64,000 nucleotides of DNA from Zootoca vivipara (taxonomy: Eukaryota): positions 37,820,001-37,884,000 of the forward strand of contig NC_083285.1 of NCBI RefSeq assembly GCF_963506605.1. The letters run 5' to 3'. How positions within the stretch are numbered: the first letter of the stretch is position 1; the number at the start of each line of letters is the position of its first letter. Both the position numbers and the translations under genes were made by a program. Below the pieces are notes generated by a model. That model ran no database searches and was not told the origin of the DNA. It saw nothing but the letters and a program-made list of their open reading frames with translations. This document shows positions 41,993 through 54,065 of the stretch, piece by piece.

Positions 41993-43794
41993 GTGTGTCA
42001 GAAAACATTGGGAACATAACTCATTATTGATTTTTCATTAATGTTTGACAAGTGAAGTTGGAGGCAGAAATGCAATGACCGTTACCCTTGATACAAAAGA
42101 TTATATGAAATAAATGTCACTGTGAAAATCTCTTTAGTATACCAACCCACAAGCTTCACATGTTTACTAAGGTGTAAGTCCCATTGAAGAGAACACTGTG
42201 CCCCTCCAAGTTTATTGTTTTCTAAACATTTCTTTAATAACTGGGTGGCTGTTCCAGTTCTCCAGCTGTAATTAGTTGAATAGATTCTATAGCCTTTTGG
42301 TTTGTTTGTTTGTTTGTTTGTTTAGAAGCAACAGGGCTTGGTATTTTGCATCTACACCTAAAAGATCTCAGGTCACAGAGCAGGGAAATGTTTCTGCATG
42401 GGAAAAATGTGTGAAAGTTGGTAGAAGGAAAACTGGCATGCAAGGTGGTTGGCAATGGTGAGTTGAGTTTCCTCAGCTTGCTAGGCTGGGTTCTATAAAG
42501 TCTGCTAGTATTCATTGAATTTCCATGTTTAGATTTCCAAAAAAATTAGGGAAATGTGCCATACACATAGACCCACGTAGAAATGGGCTTATTAACACTT
42601 TGTCTCTCTCTCTCTCTACTGCATTATGAGATATAAAATACCTGTACCTAATTTAAGGAATGTTGGAATTTGTAACATTTTGAAGAGGTGTTTGATAAAC
42701 ACTGAACATCATAAGCCTTGTTTCATCTGTTTTCCGTTTGTTTTTTATTTGCCAAATAGCTGCCTCTTCCATTTGGTTTTATTAGCATTATTTGATTCTG
42801 ACCCAGTCATTCTGATGCTTTTACTGGAAAATTTACTCTTTGTCAGTGATGTGAAAGATGAAAACCATTAGTACATATGAGCAGTGAAACCCCAACCAGT
42901 ACTTGGTATTTTGCAGGGCCAGGAATGAAATTCCATTAACTTTGCACTGAACTATCAATTATCTAAAATGTTTAATTTGTGCAGCATGTCTAGCAGACTG
43001 CAGCATTATTATATTTGTAGCTTGTATTGTGCGTTTCCAACTGCATTTTTCAAAGAAGATCAGGGCTCCTCCAACTGACCTATTTATATAGCTTTTACCC
43101 TGACTTGCTTGCACAAAGTCTGTGTGATCTTCAGACTATGCCCAGTCTTTATTGAGCATTTTGTCTGATTTGTTATATGACAATGAGCTTTCATCCTGAT
43201 TTGCTTGTGAGGAATATATGCATATCCCCCTTAACCATTCATTATTCCCACACTTTTTAGTGTATTTGCCCCAAAACTTCTCTAATTCAAAGATCTGTTT
43301 GTTTGTTTTTAAAGTGCAGCTCTTGCGCTAGGCTGACAAAGCACTTTAATCTACTTTTATTGTGCAAACCTAAATTTCTGGTGTTACAAATTACAAATGG
43401 TACCTAGTCATAGTGAATTCCAAACAGGAAAAGGTGGCACTATAAAGCCTAAAAACACATTTCTTGGGGTGTGAGTTTTTGTATGCTGTGCTGTGCATCT
43501 GATTAAGTAGACTGAACAACACCAAATTTATGCTAGGTGTTATTTGTCATCAATAGGTATGCAGGACCTCCAAATCTCTTGGTCTGTTGGTCTTCCAATA
43601 GATTTTAGTACTACAGCCTTCTCCCCCCTCCATCTCCCCCCTCCCTCCCCCCCTCTCTCACACACAGTCCTATTGATGACAAAATACACTCTAATTTGCT
43701 AGGGAAAATATATTTTCTGGCTAGGCTGTCCTGTATTCTATATTTTTCCGCCCTAGTAATTTTCCTTGTTTTGTTATTTTCTTTAGCTTTTCAG

Positions 43795-43911
43795 CAATGT
43801 TGTGAATGGAAGAATATTTGCCATGCATGTGTAAATTGTAGGAGACGTCTAAAAGAATTTTATAGATCTCCAGTCATGGGTGCGCACAATGTCACTCAAC
43901 TTTACTGCCAG
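43795..43911 (+). CDS. Candidate exon, 117 nt (or 125 nt from the acceptor at 43787): QCCEWKNICHACVNCRRRLKEFYRSPVMGAHNVTQLYCQ
   Basis: Long T-rich tract with two AGs (43785-86, 43793-94); strong donor cag|gtaagg at 43912; open frame; internal gtcATGg at 43876. Confidence 0.55.
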
Positions 43912-44397
43912 GTAAGGAATTTGTTTTGATTAAGTTACAAAACGCTGAAAATATATAATGTTCTTTTTAAAGCTATAATTTTGAAGTATAAGTGGGTGCA
44001 TCCCTATGTTTCCCCCTGAAGAAATTGTGAAGAATCGGAAAGGCGTGCACTCTTAAGGATAAATTGCTCTCAAGAGATGAACATGCTGGTTTTTTAAATG
44101 CAAATATGTCAGTAAAAGGTTTATTCAACAGCATTTTCTAATTTTTTTTTTGCAGTGATTTAGGGAGCGCCATTTGAGCGCCATAATTCAACTGATTTTA
44201 ATGATCACTCTGTATAAGGTGATCATTGTGGGGGGTGGGGAGCTACATGAGACCAATTCTCTGCAAAAAATAAATAGTAGTACAGGTCATGTGCTGGGTG
44301 TCTATGCAGATCAGATTCAGAATTATGCACATAGGTCTCTATGGAAATGGGATTTTGAAGGTATGGAAGTCCAGGGTTGGCTCGTGGTATGACCTTG

Positions 44398-44925
44398 AAC
44401 ATAGAATCATAGAATCATAGAGTTGGAAAAGACCACAAGGGCCATCCAGTCCAACCCCATGCCAAGCAGGAAACATAATCAAATATGGCTTGACATATGG
44501 CTGTCAAGCCTCTGCTTAAAGACCTCCAAAGAAGGAGACTCCACCACACTCCTTGGCAGCAAATTCCACTGTCGAACAGCTCTTACTGTTAGGAAGTTCT
44601 TCCTAATGTTTAGGTTCTTTCTTGTAGTTTGAATCCATCACTCCGTGTCCACTTCTCTGGTGCAGCAGAAAACAGCCTTTCTCCCTCCTCTATATGACAT
44701 CCTTTTATATATTTGAACATGGCTATCATAGCACCCCTTAACCTTCTCTTCTTTACATACTTTACATTTCTCCCTGTTAAAATTCATCTTGTTTGCTTTG
44801 GCCCAGTTGTCTAATCTGTTAAGGTCATTTTGAAGTGTGATCCTGTCCTCTGGGGTATTAGCCACCCCTCCCAATTTGGTGTCATCTGCAAACTTGATCA
44901 GGATGCCCTCAAGCCCATCATCCAA
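44398..44925 (-). mobile_element. CR1 LINE 3' fragment with an internal deletion
   Basis: ORF 44638..44928 has LIKFADDTKLGG...LQNDLNRL..W...NKMNFNREKCKV (RT domain); (atagaatc)n tail. Confidence 0.92.
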
Positions 44926-46087
44926 CACATCTTTCCATGTGTTTGTTTAATCTGGACAAAGTTAATTACAAGGAAATACAAGTGGTACTGAGTGTTTTTG
45001 GTAGCAAAAAGAAGTGCCAGAACTGATGTCTTGATAAAAGTGCTGTGTGTGGCATTACAAAATGGCTGCCAGGGGCATTAAAGAAAGAGGTGATGGTACT
45101 CTGTAGAGGTAAGTACTGCCACAGAAAAACCACTGGTGGTACTCAGTACTAGGAGCCCTAAGCTGAGGTATACACTTCGTTTTGAGGGTAGCTGCAGAGA
45201 TTATTGTAAATCAACATGAATCATTACTTCTTACCACCTCTCTGCTGCTTTTTGTAGTGCCCCCTTGGGATGATAGCTATCTATGATGAGTGATTTGACA
45301 GTCTTTGACATTAAAATTGCTAAATGTCATTTCAGTCACTGACCTGGTTCACACGTAGATCTGAAAGGTTTGTTTGTGGTGAGTAAGGAGAAGGCTTAAA
45401 CCCCGAGTCTAGGTTGGGACAACACACCAAACCAAACTTTGCATTAGCTCAGTGTTGCATGGGAGTAACAAAGACCAGGAGGAGGAGGAGCAAATTTGCT
45501 GCAAGTTCATATCTGGAAACCAAACATTCATGTTGTCTTAGGAAGCTATAATGTATATTTCAGCGCTGAGACTCCAATTTTGCAGAACTGCACCTTGCTT
45601 TGTGCCAATATTACCAGGAAATGTCATTTTAAAGACGTGTTAGTATTTCTTGCTGCTACCGTTCAACAGCTCGGAACTGGCCATGACATGTCTCCCTTTT
45701 TTCTTTTTGACACAATTGCAATCTGAATTAGTGGAGGATTGTACAAGTTTCCCGTCCTATGCCACATACATATATGTGCCAGATATGTCATTCCCATGGT
45801 TCCTGATAACCTGCTAAAATTCAGCTTGCTGTCAAAAAAACACCTGAGGCTTCTGTCATATGTTGAGTCAGTGAAAATGCTAAAAATAATGAAATATATT
45901 GAAACAATTTCTCGTTTGACATGTGTTGGCATGTGGATGAAAATCAACTTGTAACGGCCACATGAGAGTCTCAACACGGTACTGTTTTATGGTTGGGCAG
46001 ACTTTTGTGTAAAAAGATCTTTTATAAATGTATTCCGCTCAGTCTGGAATGAAGGAAGAAGAATGAGCATTGGCCAAAATTGGCCCC

Positions 46088-46291
46088 AGTACCTGTCCCT
46101 GGCCACACCCCCGTCAGCAGCCCATTGGCCTGCCAGGCAGAAGCGGGCCAATTACAGTACCTGTCCCTGGCCACACCCCCACCAGCAGCCCATTGGCCTG
46201 CCAGGCAGAAGCGGGCCAATTACAGTACCTGTCCCTGGCCACACCCCCACCAGCAGCCCATTGGCCTGCCAGGCAGAAGCGGACCAATTAC
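46088..46291 (+). repeat. 3 x 68-bp tandem repeat inside a 360-bp insertion flanked by long direct repeats
   Basis: Units start at 46088, 46156 and 46224; flanking ttat(a/g)aatgtattcc(g/a)ctcagtctgga at 46022-46048 and 46382-46408. Confidence 0.92.
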
Positions 46292-47599
46292 ACCCTGTTT
46301 CTAGGTGGGTGGCACCCGGCCAGGTAAGCCCTGCACGGGGTCGCAAACTCCACCCACCCGTTGGGAGGAGGTGAGCGGGAATTATGAATGTATTCCACTC
46401 AGTCTGGATCCTAGTGAGTTTCCAGGCTTTCATGATTATTCCGGGGAGAGTATTCTAGAATTCTTAACATCTCCTCAAACAAACCTTTTGAAATCCTTAC
46501 ACATTTTCTCTTGGAGTTATCCCAATTGTCACCAGACAGAAGATTAACAGGCTTTCCCCCCCCCCCCTAATTTTCACTTTTTGAAAAGAAGGTGAATATA
46601 TATAAATGATTATTAGTTTACTTTTGCTCTCCTTATCTCTGCATTTAAACACAGAAAAGGTATGTGTGCAGAAAGGACCTGCAGCTGTGTAAAATCCAGT
46701 AGCAAAATGCAACTCCTCGACTCTTTTGTTTTTGTTTTTTTTAAAGGGTTCTCTAGGTCCAGCCCTACTCTTTCTGTGTGCTTGGGGGCAGATTTGTATT
46801 TAATCACATGGATCTGCTGCCATCACTTTGACCCTAATTTCAATTAGACTCCAGTTCTATTTTCCGTATTGCGGACTTTGCAAGCTTAGCTGATAGGTTG
46901 GCTTCTGCCATGATATAACCACTTTGCTACACTGATTGGAATATTGATTGCACTGTAGCTGTCAATATTTCTGCAGAGAGAGCAAAGCCGTAGCACCTTT
47001 ATTGAGACCAACCTCTCAGCCCTACAAACGAGATCTTTCTATGCTGATGTGCATTTAATGTGAAGTGCAGTGCAGCCCCCCCCCCCCGGCTTTCCTGAGA
47101 TAGTCTGTTCCTCTTGAGTTCCTGTCTTTTTATTAAAGAGAAGCACAGCAAGCACACGGGACGATTTATATTCCCTTTATCTGAGCAGAGTAATAATGGC
47201 AGCAAAGTTGCTACTGTTTAGTGACAGAGGCCCTTCAAAATATTGCAAGGTAGCCTTTTCAGTGGTGGTGTTCTGGTTGTGGAATTCCTTCCAGAGGCAA
47301 ATTTGCACCATTGTGAACAGTTTCTTCTTCCTGCGCTTGGCCTCTTACAATTCCCCCACCCTTTTCATCCAAGGCAAACAATGGATCGTAAACAAATAAA
47401 ATTTGGCTCTGCACCTAGTCAATGGAGCTAGGCATAAGCTGTATCAAATGAAGTGAGACTTCCATCTGACTAAACATGCATTGAATTGTCACACACACTG
47501 AAGTCCCATTGAAACCAATGAGATATCCATTAGCTGCAACTAACAACTTTCCAATTTCGGTGTGACTTTCCTGGACTCGGACCTTTGATTTTAATCTCT

Positions 47600-47700
47600 T
47601 AAATTATATTATATTATATAATTATAATATAATATAATATAATATAATATAATATAATATAATATATAATTATTACTATAATTATATTAATTATATTTTA
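47600..47700. repeat. AT-rich low-complexity tract / (TATAA)n
   Basis: Visible. Confidence 0.9.
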
Positions 47701-47974
47701 TTTGTTTAAATATATCATGCACCACTTGATTACAATAGTCTCTAAGGAGTGAACAAAAGACACAATACAGAAAAGGTAGAAATTGGTTGAAACTATAAAA
47801 TCATACTTTGATTAAAATGCCTGCTGAGATTTTTCAAAGTATTCAGTAGGCTAATTATAACATCAGCATATATTCTATAGCAGCATTCATCAGATGGAGC
47901 TATAGTCTAACATCTGAAGGCATCAGGACGGTGGTGTCTTCTTTAAACGCTAGCATAAGCAACACATTTTGATA

Positions 47975-48218
47975 CAGTGATACCTTGGGTTGTGAACGCT
48001 GCGGGTCACGCGTTTTTGGGTTGCGCCTGTGCCGAACCTGGAAGTACCGGAACGAGTTACTTCTGGGTTTCGGCGCTTGCACATGCACAGAAATGCAAAA
48101 TGACATCATGCGCAAGCGCAGAAGTGCCAAATCACGTCATGCTTGTGCGCAGACGTGGCACTGTGGGTTGCAAACACGCCTCCCATACAGATCACGTTTG
48201 CAACCCGAGGTATGACAG
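47975..48218. mobile_element. Tc1/mariner (Tigger-like) MITE
   Basis: TA-flanked; TIRs cagtgataccttgggttg / caacccgaggtatgacag. Confidence 0.85.
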
Positions 48219-48289
48219 TATTTCAAAAGCCGCAAAAGATAGACATTAATATAAGCAGCTAAAGGCTTATTTTCATCTGGGGCTGATGG

Positions 48290-48650
48290 CTAGGAATTGG
48301 GGAGAAATTTAATTCAGTTTTCATTTAAAAGTGAACCTACCTACTTCTTACTTTCAAAAATAATATGTGAACAAAAATCACAGCCTTTCTTCAAAATTTG
48401 CACTTCTCTGAATTTTGTGGCATAGTTCTCCAGCCATGTATGATTATAATGTACCAAAATGCATTACATTGGCAAAAATGCTTTAAAAATGTGTGTGTTG
48501 GGCAAAATTGCATGCAAAAAAATTGCACTAAAATGCTCATGCATTTTCATGAGAACTTTTAAAAAAATAATCACAAGCTGATATGAAAATCTTAAGGGTG
48601 GAAAAATGAAAAAGTCCAGAAACCAAAACATACACATTTATCCATCCCCA
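48290..48650 (+). mobile_element. Old Harbinger-like MITE
   Basis: Same family as 20692, 40980 and 59113; ends aggaattgggg / catcccca. Confidence 0.6.
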
Positions 48651-51439
48651 ACGATGGCTAAGGAGTTAAGCCAAAGCCTTCACAGCAAAGGTGGGTTTTG
48701 AGAAAAGATTTCAAGTCAAAGTCAATATGAAGTATTCTGGGAGGACATTCCAGGGCCTAGAGGACAGCAAAGGAAAAGGGATTAAGTAGACCAAGAGAGC
48801 AGAAAACATTGAGATTATATAGAAGGGTAGATTTAGGAGAATTAGGGCTGGCAGCAAGTTTGCAAAGAACAGGAAAAGGTAAATGAGATTTTGAATAAGC
48901 AATAATTTTTTGATATATTTATATTGTAGGCTCCCTTCTATATTTGTTCCTTATTATATTTCACACCTTTAAAAATATTTGACTGTTCCGCTTTCCATAT
49001 TGTACCATTGCCTGTACAATTCTTTACATTCAGCCATTAAGATTCCATTTTTCATCCAGATAAGCATGGGCTATGTGAAATAATAGATTTATGTGGCAAT
49101 CCCTATTCTCTCCAAAATCATCCTGACTGGCATTGATAGGATATCCTAATTTTCGCATCTGTTTTGATTTAGAACTATGCTGGCATTTCTGTTATTTTTT
49201 ACTGAGAGTTCTGTCAGGGTAGCCTGTCTACTAGTACTATCCTGCTTCTCTTAATTAGCATCTCGGTTGTGATGCCAGAAAGAAGATGGAATATTGTATT
49301 ATTATTTCTGACCGCATCACAAGTTGAAGCTATGTTAGATTTGCAAGTAGCAACACAGACAAGTGGAACTACCCAGCCAAAGGCAAACACTTGCAGCCCC
49401 ATTCAGTTCAGTCAAACTCACACACGTGCTTAACTCTCATCCATTAAAATCTCTGTGTTGCCACATTGAATATGGACCATGTGTTACTGAAGTTCTGACA
49501 TACATCAGTTATGTGTATCTTCATGATGCAAAGCTATCTTCAAGGAGCACTTGGGTATTTATTCAGGGCATTATAGGGAAAGTGGCAAACAGTGCCAAAG
49601 AAATTGGCTATAATTCAACAGTTAAGCATGTCTCTTGCAAGATAATAGTGATGGCACCCAATCTCAAAATGGGAGAGGGTGGTGTTCAAAAGCAAATTCC
49701 AGCAGTTTAAGCTGTCTAGAAACCTTTAATGTTGAGCCTTTGCTTCTCAGAAGCTTCGGTCTAGTTCCAAAAGGGCCCAAGAAAGGTGACAGGCCCAGTT
49801 TGGGTAGAGTCCACATTTAAATTTATTTATTTATTTAGGCTTCATTTTAATCAGGCCCAGATATATTTATGCACACATTTCAGTCCCACGGGTGCAGTAC
49901 TTGGGGTAGCTTGCAACAATTTAAAATCACGCTGTCATATAAAAATAGTTAAAATATACTAAGCCGCAACAAGGCAAAGATCACAGATAAAAGCACAACC
50001 ATTATATAAAACAATAAGATAACTTACCATGTGGATTAAAAATGTATTTACCAGCTGGCAAAAGACAGCCAGAGCGAGGGCTACAACCTGTGCCTCAAGT
50101 GGCAATGCATTGCTGCAGCCACTGACAAAGCTTTATCTCATGCGGCCATGAGCTATGAATGGCATCCAACTTGCAATCCATGGGCTTAACTTAAGTCTGT
50201 TGGTTTCATCCAATTTAGTTGGATCCATCCATTCTCCAAAATTAGATCCATTCTGAAGCACGCTGTGAGCAGCTCACACGTTTGCAAGATAAGTTTTGTA
50301 ATGAACTGATGTACAGTTTCTACCAGTACTGGAGAAACTTGGACAGAAAATTTGTTTTCAGTGTTCATTTTATGTTTTCATTGAAAATACTATTTTCAGT
50401 GGTCACTTTTTTATTTCTGCTTGCTAAGCTTTTGTCTGTGTATGGACAGCGGAATATTTCACCAATTATAAAATGAAGCAGGAACTACATGGCCCAAGGA
50501 ATGCTATAGGGATTGGAGTGTTTCATTAATTTATAGGATTTGTTTAAAGCCAAGCCCTTTGCTGGCAATCAAAACTTGCTATCGCCAATGGCCTGGCTCT
50601 GCCTGCTCAGTAACACACTGGGGATTAAATGAAGATCCATCTTGTGTTCCCTGGAAATAATTAGGCAGAGCTGATTTATATAAGCACTGGAATCTGTCGT
50701 CTATTGATACTTTTTTCTTATTTTAAAAGATTGTTGGAAATCAAAGACAACCCTTTCACACGAAAATCCACTCTTCGTTTCATTCCCTCCGCCCAGCTTT
50801 GTTAATTCCAGCAGTTGAATTTGGAAAAGAAAAAGGCTTTTAAGAAGTGGTTATTATTAGACAGCTAAGAATAAAAAATGCTGGCTGATCCACTGCAATT
50901 CAACCACGGATGTATCAATAGATCCTGACCTACCTTCTATTTATTCTTTGTATTCAGCACTGTTAGCATAGTCTGGTCAGCTTCAGGTTGGAGGGTGCCC
51001 TTCCTGAAGTCTCCTCTAGGGGGCCCTCTCCTCTGCCATCGGCTTTCCTGGTGATAGTGGGGTTTGGCTGGGGATACTGAATGACCACAGGAGCAGCAAT
51101 GCTTCCGTGAGCTCCCCCAGCAGTACGGTTGGGAGCCATTGCTAATAAATTTCCCATCATGCCACTAACATCCACTGAAGCCTGCCATTTTTTTTTTCAC
51201 AGTGTCCTAGAGGGAAAAGTAAAATGGCGGCGGCTCCAAGACTGGGCCTCTTATGGTAATGCTGGGCTGGAGGGTGCATTTAAAACCTTCTAAGCACTGT
51301 GCAAAAATACAACATAGAAACAAGAAAACAGTATAATAAAAATAGAGATACAACATAACAAACCAGTAAAACAATCTTAGAACACATAGGAACTCAGTAA
51401 TAACAGGTTCTGGCCTGATGAGTCAAGGAAAGCCTAGAC

Positions 51440-51575
51440 CAGGCATCCCCAAACTTCGGCCCTCCAGAAGTTTTGGACTACAATTCCCATAATCCCTGAC
51501 CACTGGTCCTCTTAGCTAGGGATCATGGGAGTTGTAGGCCAAAACATCTGGAGGGCCGCAGTTTGGGGGTGCCTG
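51440..51575. mobile_element. hAT hairpin MITE inserted in an old minus-strand L2-like fragment
   Basis: Almost fully palindromic; TSD gcctagac (51432-51439) / gcctaggc (51576-51583). Confidence 0.9.
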
Positions 51576-53346
51576 GCCTAGGCAAAAATATATTTCTTTC
51601 TAAGAGATCTGAGGCAACCGAGGGATGATGTTTCATGTATGCCAGAGGGTAGGTCAATTCAGAATGCAGGAGCAATGGCTGAAAGTGCCTGGTTTTGTGT
51701 CACTGCCCTGTGATATTTTGTAGGGTGTGTTGTCGCAAGTAACATTTCCAGAGATGATCTACGTAAACCTACATGTTTATACGGGGGCCTGGAGCCTTTC
51801 GCATAACCTGCTCCTGAATTTGTTCAAGGCTTTATATATTAAGGAAAGGATGTGAGCAAATGCAGTTTATATGTCCTTGACTTTGAGTTGGAGAAGTGAA
51901 GGTTGCAAGCCCAGGCTATCTTTCTAGGCATATGAAGACAGAGAACAAGGAGTCTGTGCCATCTACAACTTGTGAGGCAAATGGCTGAGATTACTGAAGG
52001 AGCAAGTTAGGCAGGAGCTGATGCCATAGCAGCAAGTTGACTGGCAAAAGGAAAGAGTAGACTTTCAGTTCATATTCTCCAGCAAGTCTTGAAATGGCAG
52101 CCGTGACTTGATTTCACATTGCAGTATTCCAATTAACAGTCCAATATTTCTTTCAACTTTAAGAAGTGATAGGAAAGCTAACCCCACTGCATTAAAAACA
52201 ATAAAGAAGCAGATATTTGAAGTGTGCATATGAGAGAGATGACATCTTCGAAAGGTTAGGACGGCCAACTAAGCCATATCTTGTTTTCATCTTCATGGAA
52301 TGATCACATTTATATCAAATTTATGTCAGTAGACTACCTCTTCTCCTCCCCTCTGTTGAATTTGTGCTTTAAAACAGGTAAAATGTGCAATTGGGGAAGT
52401 TTGCAAATTATCACATGAAAGCTAAAGAAAAATCGATGGGAATATTCCCCTTAGGACTGAGCATACTGATTATAAAAATATTAATACTTAATGCCTCTAT
52501 TACATCTCTTATGTACACAACTGAATAGGGTGGCGAGAGTGGGAAAATGGCTAATGGTTTAAAATAGAATCAGTGATTCAGTATATGCAAATCTTCCAAA
52601 TGTCAATTTTGTGGGCAGGATTTCTGTTTAGGGTAAAAAAAAATGAATAAAAAAGATGATAAGTGAACACAACTGTTTCAATCTCATGAAGTATATCACA
52701 GATGTGCCCTTTTCCAAACCAGATACCTGCACTTAACATATGACAACATTGATGAGAAAACTGATATTTCCAGCTACCTCCAGTAACACTTTATCTGTAA
52801 TAATACTTTGGCTGTTCTTGTTTGAATTACAAATGTTTCCTCTCATGCAGAGAATAGCAATGAATGTTGACAATGTAATGCATTGCTAAATTTTGTAATT
52901 CTTGAAAACAGCCCAGGCCATGGTAGAATAAAATGCGAAACACTCATTTGCACACCAGAACTATGCGTTTTGCATTGGGGAGGGAAGGGAATATGCTGCT
53001 GCTGCAAGATTTCTGTTTAGTTTGACTTTTTAATTTTTAAAATGCAAAAGTATCAGAGTCTGAAGAGGCAAGGTGTACCAGGAATATTTTCCTGTGCTAG
53101 ACTTCTGGAAACAAATGGAAATCATAGTCTTCCATATCTCTTTGATTCATTTTCATAGCTTTTGTTCAAGCAGCTTCCTAGAGAATAATCTCATTTCTGT
53201 TTATCCATTGCCTATAGTTCTGAATCTAATTCTGTATCTAATTTTACATGTATTTTAAAAGGAACTTTTACAAGTGTGGCTGGAAACTTTGTCTGGGAGA
53301 GCTCTTCAAGCTTGCACCTCTTCTTGGAAGCTATTAAGCTTTAAAA

Positions 53347-53762
53347 CAGGGGTCCCCAAACTACGGCCCCCGGGCCGGATGCGGCCCAATCGGCCTTCCA
53401 ATCCGGCCCGCGACGACCCCCGCCGCCCGCTGCCGCCGCCCGCTCTCACGGCGCGCGGCGCAGCGGCGATCTGAAAAATCGGCAAAAAATCGCCGAAAAT
53501 CCTTTGTGCGCATGCGTACGGGCCTCTCCCGACCCGGAAGAGGTCATTTCTGGTGCACTTCCGGGTCGGGGGAGGCCCATACGCATGCGCACAAGCGATT
53601 TTCGCCGATTTTTTTTTCCGCCCGTGTGCGTGTGCGCATGCGCACGGGCGCGCACTCCCCCGCCCTCCGGCCCGCTGCGCGCGCACTCCCCTGCAGTCCG
53701 GCCCACCGCGCGGTCGGCGCGGCGGGCACCGGCCCGCCGCTCGGTAAGTCTGGGGACCCCTG
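53347..53762. mobile_element. Young CpG-rich hAT (Charlie-like) MITE
   Basis: TIRs caggggtccccaaact / agtctggggacccctg; perfect TSD ctttaaaa (53339-53346, 53763-53770); little CpG decay. Confidence 0.95.
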
Positions 53763-53843
53763 CTTTAAAAGAATCTAAAGAACAAAATCTATGTAAACTA
53801 TGTAAGGAGGAGGGAGGGAGGTGCAGTTTCAGCCAGTGGTGTA

Positions 53844-54065
53844 CAGTGGAATCTCGGCTGACGAATGTCTCCGTTAACGCACATTTTGGCTTTTCAATGC
53901 AAAAAACCCGGAAATAACTGCTTCTGTTTCTGAACGATATTCGGAAGCTGGACGTGAATTTCCCTATTGTATTGAGGTTTCCACTTTCAGTTTTCGGTTT
54001 TCGAACGTTTCGGAAGTCAGGTGGTCTTCTGGAATGGATTATGTACGAAAACCGAGGTTTCACTG
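53844..54065. mobile_element. Tc1/mariner (Tigger-like) MITE
   Basis: TA|cagtggaatctcgg ... ccgaggtttcactg|TA. Confidence 0.88.

Noticed and set aside
43876-43911. N-myristoylation signal in MGAHNVTQLYCQ
   Set aside because: Lacks Ser/Thr at position 6, and use of this ATG is unproven
46063-46433. Overlapping repetitive ORFs, or a CRISPR-like array
   Set aside because: Head-to-tail 68-bp tandem units with no unique spacers, no cas genes, and a vertebrate context
50900-51240. 70-aa minus-strand ORF next to inverted YY1-like motifs (gccatttt / aaaatggcgg)
   Set aside because: More likely a decayed 5' part of a LINE; too degenerate to call
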